Below are positions 21,382 through 32,974 of a stretch of DNA of 64,000 bases, piece after piece; the first letter of the stretch is position 1; every line of letters begins with the position of its first letter. This DNA is from an uncultured delta proteobacterium. Lineage in GTDB: Bacteria; Myxococcota_A; Polyangia; Haliangiales; Haliangiaceae. A program made the translations under genes and the position numbers. The notes below the pieces were generated by a model. It had not been told where the DNA came from. It searched no databases and worked only from the letters and a program-made list of their open reading frames with translations. The stretch lies in assembly GCA_963848295.1 (NCBI GenBank), contig CAWKDB010000010.1:928001-992000 (forward strand), read 5' to 3'.

Positions 21382-21389
21382 GACGCGCG

Positions 21390-21866
21390 TTACTTCTGAT
21401 AACGAGACTTCGTCGCGCGATCGATCTCGCGCTGGTCGTCGGCGGCGCGCTTTGTTGCACGCTTGTCATGTTGTTTCTTGTGCGTCGCCAGGGCGAGCTC
21501 GACCTTGACGCGGCCGCCCTTGAAGTACATCTGCAGCGGGATCAGTGTGAATCCGCGTTGCTGGGTCTTGATCCCGAGCTTGTTGATCTCGTGCTTGTGC
21601 ATCAGCAATCGCCGAACGCGATCGATGTCGTGCCCCCAGCGATTGGCCTGCGCGTACTCCTGGATCTGGATGCCGTGCAGCCAGGCCTGGCCCTTGCGGA
21701 TCTCGACCCAGCCGTCGGCGATCACGACGCGCGCTTCGCGCAGGCTCTTGACCTCGGAGCCGACGAGCGCGATGCCGGCCTCGATTCGCTCGTGCAGCGA
21801 GAAGTCGTGGGTCGCCTTGCGGTTCGTCGCGATCGTCTTGATCGCTTTCTTGTCGGGTGTGGTCAT
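21390..21866 (-). CDS. smpB: SsrA-binding protein
   Basis: Motifs NRKATHDF, EAGIALVGSEVKSLR, RRLLMHKHEI and KK.HDKR. Confidence 0.96.
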   Translation of the reverse strand: MTTPDKKAIKTIATNRKATHDFSLHERIEAGIALVGSEVKSLREARVVIADGWVEIRKGQAWLHGIQIQEYAQANRWGHDIDRVRRLLMHKHEINKLGIKTQQRGFTLIPLQMYFKGGRVKVELALATHKKQHDKRATKRAADDQREIDRATKSRYQK

Positions 21867-22297
21867 TACCACTCGCCGACGTTCGGCATCGTCGTCCACG
21901 GCTCGCGCGGCGGCAGGGCCGGACCGCGCTGCAGCAGCTCGACCGAGATCTTGTCCGGCGACCGGACAAACGCCATGTGGCCATCGCGAGGCGGCCGGCT
22001 GATCGCGTAGCCGAGATCGATCAACCGCTGGCATGCGGCGTAGATGTCGTCGACCTCGTACGCGACGTGGCCGAAGTTGCGCCCACCGGGGTAATCCGCG
22101 TCGTGGCCCCAGTTGTGGGTCAGCTCGATCTGCGGCGCGTCGGCCGGCGATGGTCCCGGCGCGGCGAGGAACACGAGCGTGAACTTGCCCTGCTCGTGGT
22201 CGCGGCGGCGGACCTCGACGAGGCCTAAGCCTTCGCAGAAAAACCGCAAGGCCGCGGACAAGTCGCGGACGCGAACCATCGTGTGGAGGTAGCGCAT
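21866..22297 (-). CDS. gloA: Lactoylglutathione lyase / VOC family protein
   Basis: Motifs [27 protein letters not shown] and [20 protein letters not shown]. Confidence 0.9.
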   Translation of the reverse strand: MRYLHTMVRVRDLSAALRFFCEGLGLVEVRRRDHEQGKFTLVFLAAPGPSPADAPQIELTHNWGHDADYPGGRNFGHVAYEVDDIYAACQRLIDLGYAISRPPRDGHMAFVRSPDKISVELLQRGPALPPREPWTTMPNVGEW

Positions 22298-22333
22298 AGC
22301 GACGTGGGTAGCAGATTTCGGTATCCTCGTGCC

Positions 22334-22747
22334 ATGAGCGAGTCGAACGTCCTCGTCAACTTCCGCCTCGATCGCGACCGTCCACTGCGGCTGCGCTGGC
22401 TCGCCACCGACGGCTCTCCCGGCGACGGCTACAAGCCGCAGGTGTCCGCGATCGTGCTCGCCGACGGCAGCAAGCTCGCGATGGATAGCTCTGCGATCCT
22501 CGAGCAGACCGCGCCCGATCCCGAGGGCGGCGTCGGCGCGTATCTGCTGACGTTCAACGGCATGGTCGGCTACGCCGCCGATCACCCCGATCGCGCGACG
22601 GTCGATGCGCTCGCCGAGCAGGACATCGAGTACGAGCTCGCGTTCCTGCACGACGACGACGGCCGGATCGCGGTCGAGGGAACCGACTACAAAGTGCTCG
22701 AGCGGCCCGCCGGTTACGCGCGCAAGCTGTCGCGCAAGGAAGGCTGA
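22334..22747 (+). CDS. Hypothetical protein
   Basis: [10 protein letters not shown]... with typical codon bias; the stop overlaps the next ATG. Confidence 0.75.
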   Translation: MSESNVLVNFRLDRDRPLRLRWLATDGSPGDGYKPQVSAIVLADGSKLAMDSSAILEQTAPDPEGGVGAYLLTFNGMVGYAADHPDRATVDALAEQDIEYELAFLHDDDGRIAVEGTDYKVLERPAGYARKLSRKEG

Positions 22748-23640
22748 TGCGCGAGCACACGCCGAGTAAGACCGCGGCGTGGGTCGCGGTCGCGCGCGGC
22801 ATGGCCGATCGGCTGCCGATCGAAGCGCAGCTCGCGCTCGATCCGTATGGCACCGCATTCGAGGATCGGATGCGCATGCGCCTGCAGCACGCGCTCGAGC
22901 GGATCGGCGTGCCGCTCGAGAGGTTCCCCGGCGTGACCCGCTGGATCCTCTACATGCAGGTGCGTACGCGCGTGATCGACGATGCGTTGCGCGCGTTCGT
23001 CGCCCGGGGTGGCCGCCAGCTCGTCGTGCTCGGCGCCGGCTATGATTGTCGCGCGCTGCGCCTGCCCGAGCTCGCCGGCGTCCGCGTGCTCGAGGTCGAT
23101 CACCCGGCGACCCAAGGCCACAAGCGCGCCGTGCTCGACCGGTTGCGCGCCGTGTCGCCCTCCACGTACGTCGTGTGGAACTTCGAGGAGCGGCCGATGG
23201 CGGAGCTGCCCGCCGCGCTCGCCTCCGCCGGGCTCGATCTCAATGCGCCGACGTTCACGATCTGGGAAGGCGTCACGATGTACCTGACCGAGCCCGCGAT
23301 CGACAGCTCGCTGCGCGCGATCCGCGCGTGGAGCCCGCCCGGCTCGCAGCTCGCGATGACGTACGTGACGCGACGCAAGACCGCGCGACCGTCGATCACG
23401 ACCGCCGCGATCAGAGCCGTGGTCGCGCGGATCGGCGAACCGTGGCGCTGGTCGTGGGATCCGGCCGAGCTCCCCGCGTATCTCGCGCAACGCGGGCTCA
23501 AGCTCGAGCGCGACGTCACGATGGCCGACGCCGGGCGCGACTTGCTGCCCGCGAAGTTCGCAGCGCAAGTGATCGATCCCGAACGCCGGATCGCGCTCGC
23601 CGGCAGCGGCGAATCGGTCGCGATCGCCGGCAGCGCGTAG
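22747..23640 (+). CDS. SAM-dependent methyltransferase (LCM/TIGR00027-like)
   Basis: Motifs [36 protein letters not shown] and WEGVTMYL. Confidence 0.88.
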   Translation: MREHTPSKTAAWVAVARGMADRLPIEAQLALDPYGTAFEDRMRMRLQHALERIGVPLERFPGVTRWILYMQVRTRVIDDALRAFVARGGRQLVVLGAGYDCRALRLPELAGVRVLEVDHPATQGHKRAVLDRLRAVSPSTYVVWNFEERPMAELPAALASAGLDLNAPTFTIWEGVTMYLTEPAIDSSLRAIRAWSPPGSQLAMTYVTRRKTARPSITTAAIRAVVARIGEPWRWSWDPAELPAYLAQRGLKLERDVTMADAGRDLLPAKFAAQVIDPERRIALAGSGESVAIAGSA

Positions 23641-23646
23641 ACCTGC

Positions 23647-24693
23647 TCACGCCTTTGCCGACAGCTCGTGCACCGCGGTGATCATCGCGCGGACGTGCTC
23701 GGGATCGGTCTCCGGTAACACGCCGTGGCCGAGGTTGAAGATGTGGCCGGTCGCGCCCGCACGCGCGAGGATGTCGGCGACGCGCGTCCGGATCTCGGCC
23801 GGCGATGCGAACAGTGCGCCGGGATCGAGGTTGCCTTGCAACGCGACCCCGTCGCCGACCCGGCGGCGCACTTCGTCGATGCCGACTCGCCAGTCGACGC
23901 CGAGCACGTCGGCACCACACGAGGCGTAGTCGTCGAGGTACGGCGCGCAGCCATTGACGAAGTAGATGACCGGCGTGCTCGGATACTTGCTCTTGACGTG
24001 CTCGATCACGCGGCGCGCATAGCGCAACGGATACTCGCGGAAGTCGCCCGGAGACACGATGCCGCCCCAGCTATCGAACAGCTGGACGCAGTCGGCGCCG
24101 GCCGCGATCTGCGCTTCGAGATAGACCGAGCAGGTGCGCGCGAGCTTGTCGAGCAACGCGTGGGCATCGCGCGGCGCGCCGTACAAGAGCCGCTTGGTAT
24201 GCGCGTAGTCTTTCGAGCCTCCACCCTCGACGGCGTAGGTCAGCATCGTCAGGGGCGCGCCGGCGAAGCCGATCAGCGGGACGCGTCCGGCGAGCGCGCG
24301 CTTGATCGTCTCGATCGACTTCATGACGTAAGGCACCGCGGCGTGAGGATCGGGGACGGCGAGCGCGTCGATCGCGGCGGTCGTCCGCACCGGATTCATG
24401 ATCTTCGGACCGCTATCCGGGAACGTCACGTCGATGCCCATCCCGGGCAGCGTGATCAGGATGTCGGAGAACAAGATCGCGGCGTCGAACCCGAGCTGAT
24501 CGATCGGCTGCAGCGTGACCTCGCAAGCCAGCTCGGGCGTACGGCACAACTCGAGAAACGAGGCGCGCGAGCGCACCTCGCGATACGCGGGCAAGTAGCG
24601 CCCGGCTTGCCGCATCATCCAGATCGGAGTGCGCTCGACCGGCTCGCGGCGACACGCGCGAAGAAACAGCGAATCCGCGGTGGTCTCGGCCAT
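23647..24693 (-). CDS. hemE: Uroporphyrinogen decarboxylase
   Basis: Motifs [36 protein letters not shown] and FNLGHG. Confidence 0.96.
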   Translation of the reverse strand: MAETTADSLFLRACRREPVERTPIWMMRQAGRYLPAYREVRSRASFLELCRTPELACEVTLQPIDQLGFDAAILFSDILITLPGMGIDVTFPDSGPKIMNPVRTTAAIDALAVPDPHAAVPYVMKSIETIKRALAGRVPLIGFAGAPLTMLTYAVEGGGSKDYAHTKRLLYGAPRDAHALLDKLARTCSVYLEAQIAAGADCVQLFDSWGGIVSPGDFREYPLRYARRVIEHVKSKYPSTPVIYFVNGCAPYLDDYASCGADVLGVDWRVGIDEVRRRVGDGVALQGNLDPGALFASPAEIRTRVADILARAGATGHIFNLGHGVLPETDPEHVRAMITAVHELSAKA

Positions 24694-24821
24694 CGAGCGG
24701 CATCGTATCGCCCCGCTCCCGCGGCGTCTCGGAGAACATCGTAGTCCTGATCTGGCCAGGGCATTTCGTCGGTAGAGCGGGCGCGGCACGCTCGGGATCT
24801 GGTCTATGATTCCGCTGATCG

Positions 24822-26183
24822 ATGGCTGAAGGTGCGCTCGGCATCAAGTTGCGCTGTGCGTCGTGGCAGCAGCTCGCCACGATCTATCGGCGTGATCTGA
24901 GCAAGGGCACGATGTTCCTGAAAGCCTCGGCGCCGCCGCCGATCGGCACGTATGTCCGGATCGATCTCGAGCTGCCGAGCGCAACGGTCATCGAGCTGAC
25001 GGGCACGGTCGCCAAGCATGTCAACGATGCGCAACGCGGCTCCGGCGTCGAGCTCGCCCTCGATCCGTTGCCGACCAAGTCGGTGTGGCTGATCGAGAGC
25101 GCGCTCGCGGCCGACAAGAAGGTCGCCGCCGATACGCCCGGAGAGCCGAAGGTTCGCGCAGCGACCGCGTCGGGAGCGAACGCGATCGCCGAGGGTGAAG
25201 ACCTCGCGGCCGCCGAGACCGAGCTGATGCGCGCTCTCGAGTCAGAAGCGGAGTCGCTGCGCAAGCTCAACCCGTTCCTCGTGCTCGGCGTCGGCTATGA
25301 AGCGGGCGACACCGACGTGCGCGCCGCGTTTGGCGAGCTGACGAAGCGCTATCACCCAGATCGGTTCGCGCGCTACCAGTCGACGTTGCTCCGCCAGATC
25401 GCGGCAGAGATCTTCATCCTGATCCGCGACGCGTACCGGAAGCTCGCCGACGATTCGGGGCGACAACAAGCGCTCGCATCCGTCGGCAAGGCACCGGCGC
25501 GGGCCCCGGCGCGCGTCCAGACCCCGCCGATGGGCGTACCGCTGTCGCCCACCGCGCCTCGTCCGGCGACCGGACAGAGCCAGCCGATCGCCCGGCCACA
25601 ACCGCCGCCGCAACGGGCGACGTCGCTGCCGCGGGTCGCGCAGGTTCCGCCCAAACCCGAGGTCCACGACGCGCCGACCAAGCCCGGTGCGCACGAAGCC
25701 CCGACGAAGCCTGGCAGCCAAGGCGAGGCGCTCGCGAAGACGGACCTCGCGCGCGGCGACCAGCCGGCGCCCGCGGCGCCGCGTCGCGACCACAAGCCGA
25801 CGAGCCAGCTGCCGCCGCCGATGACCGCCGATGGCCGATCGCCGACCGGCGCGATGCCGGCCGCAGGCGACACCGCAGACTCCGCCGCGATCGAAGCGAT
25901 GATCGATGCCGGGCGAGTCGACGAGGCGCTCGTCGCGTACAAGGCGTTGGCGAAGAAGAATCCGCAGGATCGCATCGCGCGCGCCGGAATCGAGGTGTGC
26001 GAGGGCCTGCGCGGTCTCGCGAGCCGCGATCGGCTCGAAGCGGCGCAACGGTTCGAGGCAGCGCTCGAGATCGATCCGTCGAGCGAACGAGCAGCGCGCG
26101 AGCTCGCCGACATGCGGCGACAAGCGACGAACGAACGCAAAGGGCTTCTGTCCCGACTGATGGGCAAGAAGGAGCCGACCTAA
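24822..26183 (+). CDS. PilZ-like (TIGR02266-type) + J-domain + TPR-like protein
   Basis: N-terminus [27 protein letters not shown]-domain NPFLVLGV...KRYHPDRF, Pro-rich linker, TPR-like end [13 protein letters not shown]. Confidence 0.85.
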   Translation: MAEGALGIKLRCASWQQLATIYRRDLSKGTMFLKASAPPPIGTYVRIDLELPSATVIELTGTVAKHVNDAQRGSGVELALDPLPTKSVWLIESALAADKKVAADTPGEPKVRAATASGANAIAEGEDLAAAETELMRALESEAESLRKLNPFLVLGVGYEAGDTDVRAAFGELTKRYHPDRFARYQSTLLRQIAAEIFILIRDAYRKLADDSGRQQALASVGKAPARAPARVQTPPMGVPLSPTAPRPATGQSQPIARPQPPPQRATSLPRVAQVPPKPEVHDAPTKPGAHEAPTKPGSQGEALAKTDLARGDQPAPAAPRRDHKPTSQLPPPMTADGRSPTGAMPAAGDTADSAAIEAMIDAGRVDEALVAYKALAKKNPQDRIARAGIEVCEGLRGLASRDRLEAAQRFEAALEIDPSSERAARELADMRRQATNERKGLLSRLMGKKEPT

Positions 26184-26187
26184 CTTC

Positions 26188-27855
26188 ATGACGCGCATCA
26201 TCGGCATCGATCTGGGAACCACAACATCGTGTGTCGCCGTGCTCGACGACAAAGGCCAGCCGCGCACGCTGGTCGCCGCCGATGGCGAGCGCACGACGCC
26301 GTCGTGGGTCGCCTGGAGCGCGACCGACGAGCTGTCGGTCGGTACGCGCGCGCGACGGCAAGCGGTGACGAATCCATCCGCGACGGTCTACGGAGCGAAG
26401 CGGCTGATCGGCCGCAAGGTCAACACCGACGACGTCGCGTGGTTCGCGAAGCTCGCGCCGTTCCGCATCGTCGCGGCGCCGAACGGCGACGCCTGGGTCC
26501 GCATCCACGGGCGACCGATCAGCCCGCAGGAGATCGCCGCGCACATCCTGCGCCGGATGCGCCAGGTCGCCGAGGAAGCGCTCGGCGAGCCGGTGACGCG
26601 CGCGATCGTGACCGTGCCGGCGTACTTCGACGATGCGCAACGCCAGGCCACGCGCGACGCCGGCCAGATCGCCGGGCTCGATGTCGTGCGCATCCTGAAC
26701 GAGCCGACCGCGGCCGCGCTCGCGTATGGCTTTCACCGAGCTTCGGCCGGGCGGCGCGTGATCGCGGTGTTCGATCTCGGCGGCGGCACGTTCGACATCT
26801 CGATCATGTCGGTCGACCAAGGCATCTTCGAAGTGCTCGCGACCGGCGGCGACACCGCGCTCGGCGGCGAAGACTGGGATCGCCGGATCCTCGAGCGCGT
26901 CGTCGACGAGGTGTTCGACAAGTACCGCGTCGACCTCACCAGCCTGCCGATGGCGATGTCGCGCTTGCGCGAAGCCGCCGAAGCCGCGAAGAAAGTGCTG
27001 TCGACCGATCGCGACACGCTGCTCCAGCTCCCGTTCCTCGCGAACGACCAGCACGGCGCGCCGATCAACTACGAGCGCAAGATCACGCGCGACGAGGTCG
27101 AGGCGCTGACCAAAGAGCTCCTCGGCCGGCTCGAAGCGCCGAGCCGTCGCGCGCTCGCCGACGCTGGCCTCACCGCCGCGGACGTCGAAGAGGTCTTGCT
27201 CGTCGGCGGCATGACGCGCTGGCCCGCGGTGCAAGACGTGGTCGAGCGCCTGTTCGGCAAGAAGCCGAGCAAGGGCGCGAACCCCGACGAGGTCGTCGCG
27301 CTCGGCGCCGCGGCCTACGCGGGCATCCTCGCGGGCGACTCCGACGACGCCGCACTACTCGACGTCACGCCGCACGACATCGGCATCAAGGTCGGCGATA
27401 CCGGCTTCGCCGTGATGCTGCCGCGCAATTCGATGCTGCCGGTGCGCGCGCGCCGACTGTTCGCATCGACCACCGAGAATCAGAAGTTCGTTTCGATCGA
27501 GCTCTATCAAGGCGAATCGACCGACGTCACGAAGAACCGCAAGCTCGGCCAGGTCGTGCTCGACGATCTACCGCCCGGCCCTGCGGGCTCGGTGCGCGTC
27601 GAGCTCGTGATGACCGTCGATGTCGAGTCGATCCTCGGCGTCACCGCGCGCGAGCTGCGGAGCGGGCGCGAGGCCAGCGTGACGATCCGGCCGTCCGGCG
27701 GCCTGTCGCAGCGCGAGATCGTCGAGATCATCAATCGCCGTCGCCAGGAGAGCTCGATCGTCGGCAAGCTGCCACTCGAGGGAGGCGCGATCGTCCGAGT
27801 CGCGACCCGAGAGCAGGCGGCCGTCAAGCCCGATGACCCCGATGACAAAGCGTGA
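26188..27855 (+). CDS. Hsp70/DnaK family protein lacking most of the helical lid (555 aa)
   Basis: Motifs [48 protein letters not shown] and LLDVTP. Ends shortly after [13 protein letters not shown]. Confidence 0.92.
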   Translation: MTRIIGIDLGTTTSCVAVLDDKGQPRTLVAADGERTTPSWVAWSATDELSVGTRARRQAVTNPSATVYGAKRLIGRKVNTDDVAWFAKLAPFRIVAAPNGDAWVRIHGRPISPQEIAAHILRRMRQVAEEALGEPVTRAIVTVPAYFDDAQRQATRDAGQIAGLDVVRILNEPTAAALAYGFHRASAGRRVIAVFDLGGGTFDISIMSVDQGIFEVLATGGDTALGGEDWDRRILERVVDEVFDKYRVDLTSLPMAMSRLREAAEAAKKVLSTDRDTLLQLPFLANDQHGAPINYERKITRDEVEALTKELLGRLEAPSRRALADAGLTAADVEEVLLVGGMTRWPAVQDVVERLFGKKPSKGANPDEVVALGAAAYAGILAGDSDDAALLDVTPHDIGIKVGDTGFAVMLPRNSMLPVRARRLFASTTENQKFVSIELYQGESTDVTKNRKLGQVVLDDLPPGPAGSVRVELVMTVDVESILGVTARELRSGREASVTIRPSGGLSQREIVEIINRRRQESSIVGKLPLEGGAIVRVATREQAAVKPDDPDDKA

Positions 27856-28391
27856 CCGAGTCGATCCGGCCGTGCTGGAGGTCGCCGATGCCGTCGGCGA
27901 GCTGATCGAGTCCTGGGGATTCAAGCGCAACATGGGTCGGATGTGGGCGGTGCTCTACCTCGAGGACCATCCGCTGACCGCCGCCGAGCTCGGCGAACGC
28001 CTCGGGCTGTCGACCGGCGCGGTGTCGATGCTGCTCGCCGAGCTGTCGCAATGGACGGCGATCAAGAAGGCGTGGGTCGTCGGCGAGCGGCGCGAGCATT
28101 ACGAAGCGGAGACCGACATCTGGAAGATGGTGTCGCGCGTGTTTCGCGAGCGCGAGCTGCGCTGGATTCGCACCGCGCGCGAGCGCGTTCGAGCACGGCG
28201 ATGAAACGCTCGAGCCTGCCGAGGGTCCGCGCCGCGAGCTGATCGCGAAGCGGATCGCGGGGCTCGTCCAGCTCGCACAGGTCGGCGCACATCTGCTCGA
28301 GTCGGTGCTCGAGGGCCAGGCCATCGACAACCTGCCGCTCAAGAGCATCGGCGAGATCGCGCGTGCGACCAAGAAAGGCGAGCGACGGTGA
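27842..28391 (+). CDS. GbsR/MarR family transcriptional regulator, apparent frameshift near 28184
   Basis: [23 protein letters not shown]...LSTGAVS. Removing one base extends the frame to TGA 28389-28391, which overlaps the next GTG. Confidence 0.8.
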
Positions 28392-29382
28392 TCGTGGCCC
28401 GCGAGCTCGTGAAGCACTTCAAGGTGCATCGCCGGCCGCCAGGGTTTGCCGCCGCGGTGCAAGTCGCTGTTTCACCGCACGTACGACGTCGTCAAGGCGG
28501 TCGACGGCGTCAGCTTCTCGATCGAGCGCGGCGAGCGAGTCGGCTTCCTCGGGCCGAACGGCGCCGGCAAGACGACGACGCTCAAGGTGCTCGCCGGCCT
28601 GCTCCATCCGACCGCGGGCGAGGTCGACGTCGACGGGTTCGTGCCATTTCAGCGGCAGCCCGAGCTGCTGCGCAAGATCACGTTGGTGATGGGCCAGAAG
28701 TCGCAGCTGATCTGGGATCTGCCGCCGTCCGAGACCTACGCGATGAACCGCGCGGTGTTCGATGTCGACCGCGCCGAGTTCGACGCGACGCTCGCGGAGC
28801 TGACCGAGCTGCTCGAGCTCGGCGACCTCGTCGACAAGCCGACGCGCCAGCTGTCGCTCGGCGAGCGGATGAAGTGCGAGCTCGCCGCCGCGCTGCTCCA
28901 TCGCCCCGACGACGCTGTTCCTCGACGAGCCGACGATCGGGCTCGATGTCGCGATGCAGGTCGCGATTCGCGACTTCATCCGCAGCTACAACCAGAAGCG
29001 TGAAGCGACGGTGCTGCTGACGTCGCACTACATGGACGACGTCGTCGCGCTGTGTCCGCGGATCATCGTGATCGATGCGGGAAGGCTGATCCACGACGGT
29101 GACCTGCGCCAGCTGGTCAAGGCGATGGATCCCGACAAGCGGGTGACGTTCACGCAACTCACCGCGATCGCAGATGACGAGCTCGCGAAGCTCGGCCCCT
29201 TGCTCGTGCGCGACGGCCAGCGCATCACGATTCGCGTCGCCGAACGCGAGCTGCCGGGCGTGATCGGCCATTTGCTCGGGACGCTCAAGGTCGGCGATCT
29301 CGCGATCGAAGATCCGCCGCTCGAGGAGATCCTGCGCGTCATGTTCGGCAAATCGCGCGAATCTCGCGAGCACGTCGCGTGA
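28388..29382 (+). CDS. ABC transporter ATP-binding protein (apparent indels near 28459 and 28906)
   Basis: Walker A GPNGAGKTT, signature LSLGERM, Walker B LFLDEP and TSHYMDD, spread over three frames. Confidence 0.88.
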
Positions 29383-30183
29383 GGTCGGCCACATCGCGTG
29401 CGCTCCGCGCCTTGCCGACGCTGTTGCGCGTCGGCGTCGCCGAGACCGTCGCCTATCGCGCCGAGTTCCTCGTGTGGATGCTGACGTCGACGATGCCGCT
29501 CGTGATGCTCGCGCTGATGTCGAGCATCGCGCGCGAGGCGCCGTTCAAGGGCTACACCGAGGCCGGGTTCGTCACCTACTACCTCTCGGTGCTGATCGTG
29601 CGTCAGCTGACCGGCAACTGGGTCGCCTGGCAGCTGGCCGAGGAGATTCGCAACGGCACGCTCGCGATGCGGCTGCTGCGGCCGATCCACCCGTTCATCG
29701 CGTTCGCGTCGAGTCACGCCGCCGCGATCCCGTTCCGCTCGGTGATCGCGTTGCCGATCGCGATCATCTTGCTCGTGACGACCGGCGCCCCGGGGCTCGC
29801 GAACCCGCTGCAGCTCGCGCTGGTCGTGCCGTCGATCGCGATCGCATGGGTGCTGACCTTCGCGATCCTGTTCGCGATCGGCTCGCTCGTCGTTCTGGAT
29901 CACGCAGTCGATGGCGGTCGCAAATCTATATTTCGGGCTGTACACGGTGCTGTCCGGCTATCTGATCAAGATCGACATGATGGGCCCGTTCGCGAAGGTC
30001 ATCTCGTGGTTGCCGTTTCGCTTCATGCTCAGTGCGCCGGTCGAGCTGATCACCGATCGGCTGACCGACCGGCAGATCCTCGAGATCATCGGCGGCCAGG
30101 TCGCGTGGACGACGGTGGTCGGCATGACCGCGCTGTGGGTGTGGCGCGCCGGCGTCCGCCACTTCGAGGCGGTGGGCGGATGA
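29379..30183 (+). CDS. ABC-2 family permease (apparent indel near 29889)
   Basis: AYRAEFLVW...EIRNGTLAMRLLRP; the C-terminus continues in ORF 29911..30183 (LPFRFM..PVEL...FEAVGG). Confidence 0.85.
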
Positions 30184-30971
30184 TCCGGCGCTACTGGCGC
30201 GTGGTCGCGATCCAGCTGCGGATCAGCGCCGCATCGGCGATGGCGTATCGCGCGAACTTCTTGCTCGAAGGGTTCATGACGCTCGCCTGGATGTTCCAGA
30301 CGATGTTGCCCCTGTTCGTCGTGTTCAGCTCGCGCGACACGGTCGCCGGCTGGGACATTCCTTCGACGCTGATCATCATCGCGTACTTCACCGCGGTTCA
30401 CGCCGTGCTCGAGGGCATCATCAGCCCTTCGCTCGTCGATCTCGTCGAGCGAATTCGCAGCGGCTCGTTCGACTACGTGTTGCTCAAGCCGATCGACGCG
30501 CAGGCGATGATGTCATCGTCGCGGCAGGAGCCGTGGAAGGTGCTCGATCTGCTCGCCGCGCTCGCGATCGTCGTCTACGCGTTCATCCGCCGCGGCTATC
30601 CACCGGCGGCGATCGATGTCGCGCTCGGCATCGTGATGTTCTTCGCCGGCGTCGCCGCGATGTACGGCTTGTTCGTGATGTGCGCCGCGGCGTCGTTCTG
30701 GGTCGTGCGGCTCGACAACCTCACGTACCTGCTCGAGGCCGTGTTCGATACGGCGCGCTGGCCGATCCAGGTGTTCCGCGGCGCCTGGCGGTTCGTGTTC
30801 ACGTTCGTCGTCCCGCTCGCGCTGATGACGACGTTCCCCGCGATGGCGCTGCTCGGCCGGCTCGAGGCCCCGACCGCGCTCGCCACCGTCGCCGGCGCGC
30901 TCGCGATCCTCGCGGTCAGCCGGTTACTCTGGGTCGCGGCGATCCGCAGCTACACGAGCGCGTCGTCGTAG
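30180..30971 (+). CDS. ABC-2 family permease
   Basis: ATG 30180 overlaps the upstream stop. Motifs MAYRANF, IRSGSFDYVLLKP, FTFVVPLA and RSYTSASS. Confidence 0.88.
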   Translation: MIRRYWRVVAIQLRISAASAMAYRANFLLEGFMTLAWMFQTMLPLFVVFSSRDTVAGWDIPSTLIIIAYFTAVHAVLEGIISPSLVDLVERIRSGSFDYVLLKPIDAQAMMSSSRQEPWKVLDLLAALAIVVYAFIRRGYPPAAIDVALGIVMFFAGVAAMYGLFVMCAAASFWVVRLDNLTYLLEAVFDTARWPIQVFRGAWRFVFTFVVPLALMTTFPAMALLGRLEAPTALATVAGALAILAVSRLLWVAAIRSYTSASS

Positions 30972-30985
30972 GCGACCAGAGCCGG

Positions 30986-32851
30986 CTAGAGCGTGTCGAG
31001 GAACGCGGCGAGGTCGGCGACCTGCTGGTCGTCGAGGTTCGACGTCTCGGCCATGCCGTGGACCGCGCCGCGGTCGTGGAGCAGGGCTTCGAGCGTCGCG
31101 GCGCTACCGTCGTGAAGTACGGCGCGCTCGCCGCGAGCCCGACCAGGCTCGGCGTCTTCGCTTCGACCAGCGTGCTGCCGGTGAACTTGTGGCGATCCTG
31201 ATCGCTGTAGTCGCTGCCGTCGTGGCAGCTGCGGCAGCCGGCGGCGTCGAACAGCTTTTGCCCCGAGCGACTTGGTCGGCGGGCAGCGTAGGCGTATGCG
31301 GCGCCGGCAGCTGGTCGAGGTACGCGGACAGCGCGTCGGTCTGCTTCTTGTCGAGGCCGCTACCTCCGAGGCGCTTCATCGTCGAGGTCAAGCTGGCCGC
31401 GAGATCCTTGTCGCTGCCGTCCCACTTGAACGGGTGCTGACCGGCGGTGCGACCCGCGAGCAACGGGGTCTGGAGCTCGTGCTTGTCGATGCGCCACGAC
31501 AGGCCGTCGGCGCGCGCGTCCGGGTGACAGCTCGCGCACGCGAGCCCGCCGCGCTTGCGAGATCATCGGGTCGCGACTCGTGGAACAGCACGAGGCCGTC
31601 GTGTTGCTGGGTGGTCAGCGCCGACGCGATCACGGTCGGGCCCGGGCTCAGCTTCGGCCCGGCCGCGAGCTGGCCCTTGGCATCGATCATGTCGACGCGC
31701 TCGACGTTGCGGGTGAACGAGCACCACACGAGCACCGCGCCATCGGCGGTGACCGCGAGGCCGTCGGGGCCGCACTTGTTCGCGCCCGAGGTCACGGTCG
31801 AGACCAGGCCCGGTTGGACGCTCGCTTGCGACGCGTTGCGAATCTGCAGGATCGAATCCGTGCCGAGGCCGGCGACGTACAGCGCGTCGTGCGCCGAGTC
31901 CCACGCCAGTGCGCGCGGCTGGTGCTGCGAGATCTGAGCGGTCGCTTGGCTCGACCGCTCGCCGTTGAACCCGACGAACGCGAGCTCTTGCGTGATCGGC
32001 GGATCGAATCCACCGCCGTAGCTACCGGTGCGCTCGCTGCCGGCCATCGCTTGGACCGGGGTCTCGCGCTGGAACGGCACCACGGCTTCGTGCTCGCCCA
32101 TGAACGTCACGGCAAACGAAGCGCGCGCGAACGACTCGCCGGTCTTCGCGCCGCCGTTGCGCAGGCCGGGCAGCGCGATCGCGACGTGATCGGTCGCGTG
32201 ATTCTCGAGCAGGTCGACCTGGTCGACCGTGCCGGTGGTCAGATAGGCGACGAGCGCGCGCGTGCCGTCCGGCGAGATCGCGAGGCCGCGCGGTTCGCGA
32301 CCGAGCGCCGCGCGCCATTTCTCCGCGCCGGTGGCCGCGTCGTAGGCGACGAGTGCGCGATCCGCGATCGTCGTGACCAGCACGGTCTTGCGATCGGGGC
32401 TGAGCGCGACGCCGTAAGGCTCGACCGGGGTCGTGATCGAGCGCTTGATCTCGAGCTTCGCGCCGATGCTGACGACCGCGATCCGATTCGAGACGCGATC
32501 CGCCACGTACGCGACTCCCGCGGTCGGGTCGTACGCGAGCAGGCCCGCGTTGCTGCCGATCGCGACCTGCGCGATGTTCTTGCCGTCCTTGTCGGTGCGG
32601 ATCAACGCGCCGCTATCCGAGTCGATCACGAGCGCGCCATCGGCGGTCGCGGCGATCCGCGAGCTCGTGAGATACGCCGCAGTTGCCGCTGCGGGCTTCG
32701 CGCCGCCGATCGGGCGGCCCTCGAGCTGGAAGGCCGGTGGGCCGAAGTCTTCCCGCATCATTCGCTTGGCCATCGCAGGATGGCTGTCGGCGACGAGGCC
32801 GACCGAGGCGAGACCGAGCGGGAGCAACGTGGCGAGCAAGGGGCGACGCAT
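30986..32851 (-). CDS. Exported YVTN-type beta-propeller fused to a di-haem cytochrome c (peroxidase-like) domain; about four apparent indels
   Basis: Signal peptide; propeller repeats PYGVALSPD and PRGLAISPDG; haem motifs CASCH (~31525-31540) and CRSCH (~31222-31237); TP.L, PFKWDG, APYFHDG and DLAAFLDTL*. Confidence 0.78.
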
Positions 32852-32974
32852 GGGCATTTCAGAACGAACGACCGAGCCCCGCGATCTATTTTCCATGCGG
32901 TTCAGACACCGAACACTTTTGACGGTTTCGCGGGATTGCTCGATGCGCACACCGATCAGACGCTCGGCGATCGG

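Noticed and set aside
21235..21390. tmRNA or tRNA next to smpB
   Set aside because: The gap is only about 155 bp, with no GGGG...TCCACCA ends or T-loop. It is explained by a hairpin and a promoter.
25663..25714. 27-bp tandem repeat ([16 protein letters not shown])
   Set aside because: It is an ordinary low-complexity linker duplication inside a CDS.
29379..30971. 530-aa fused double permease
   Set aside because: This is an artefact of the indel near 29889. The proper C-terminus of permease 1 is in another frame and overlaps ATG 30180.
32860..32896. ECF-type promoter (GGAAAA...CGTT) before the propeller/cytochrome c gene
   Set aside because: The spacing is ambiguous and there is no cognate sigma factor nearby, so it is too weak to call.
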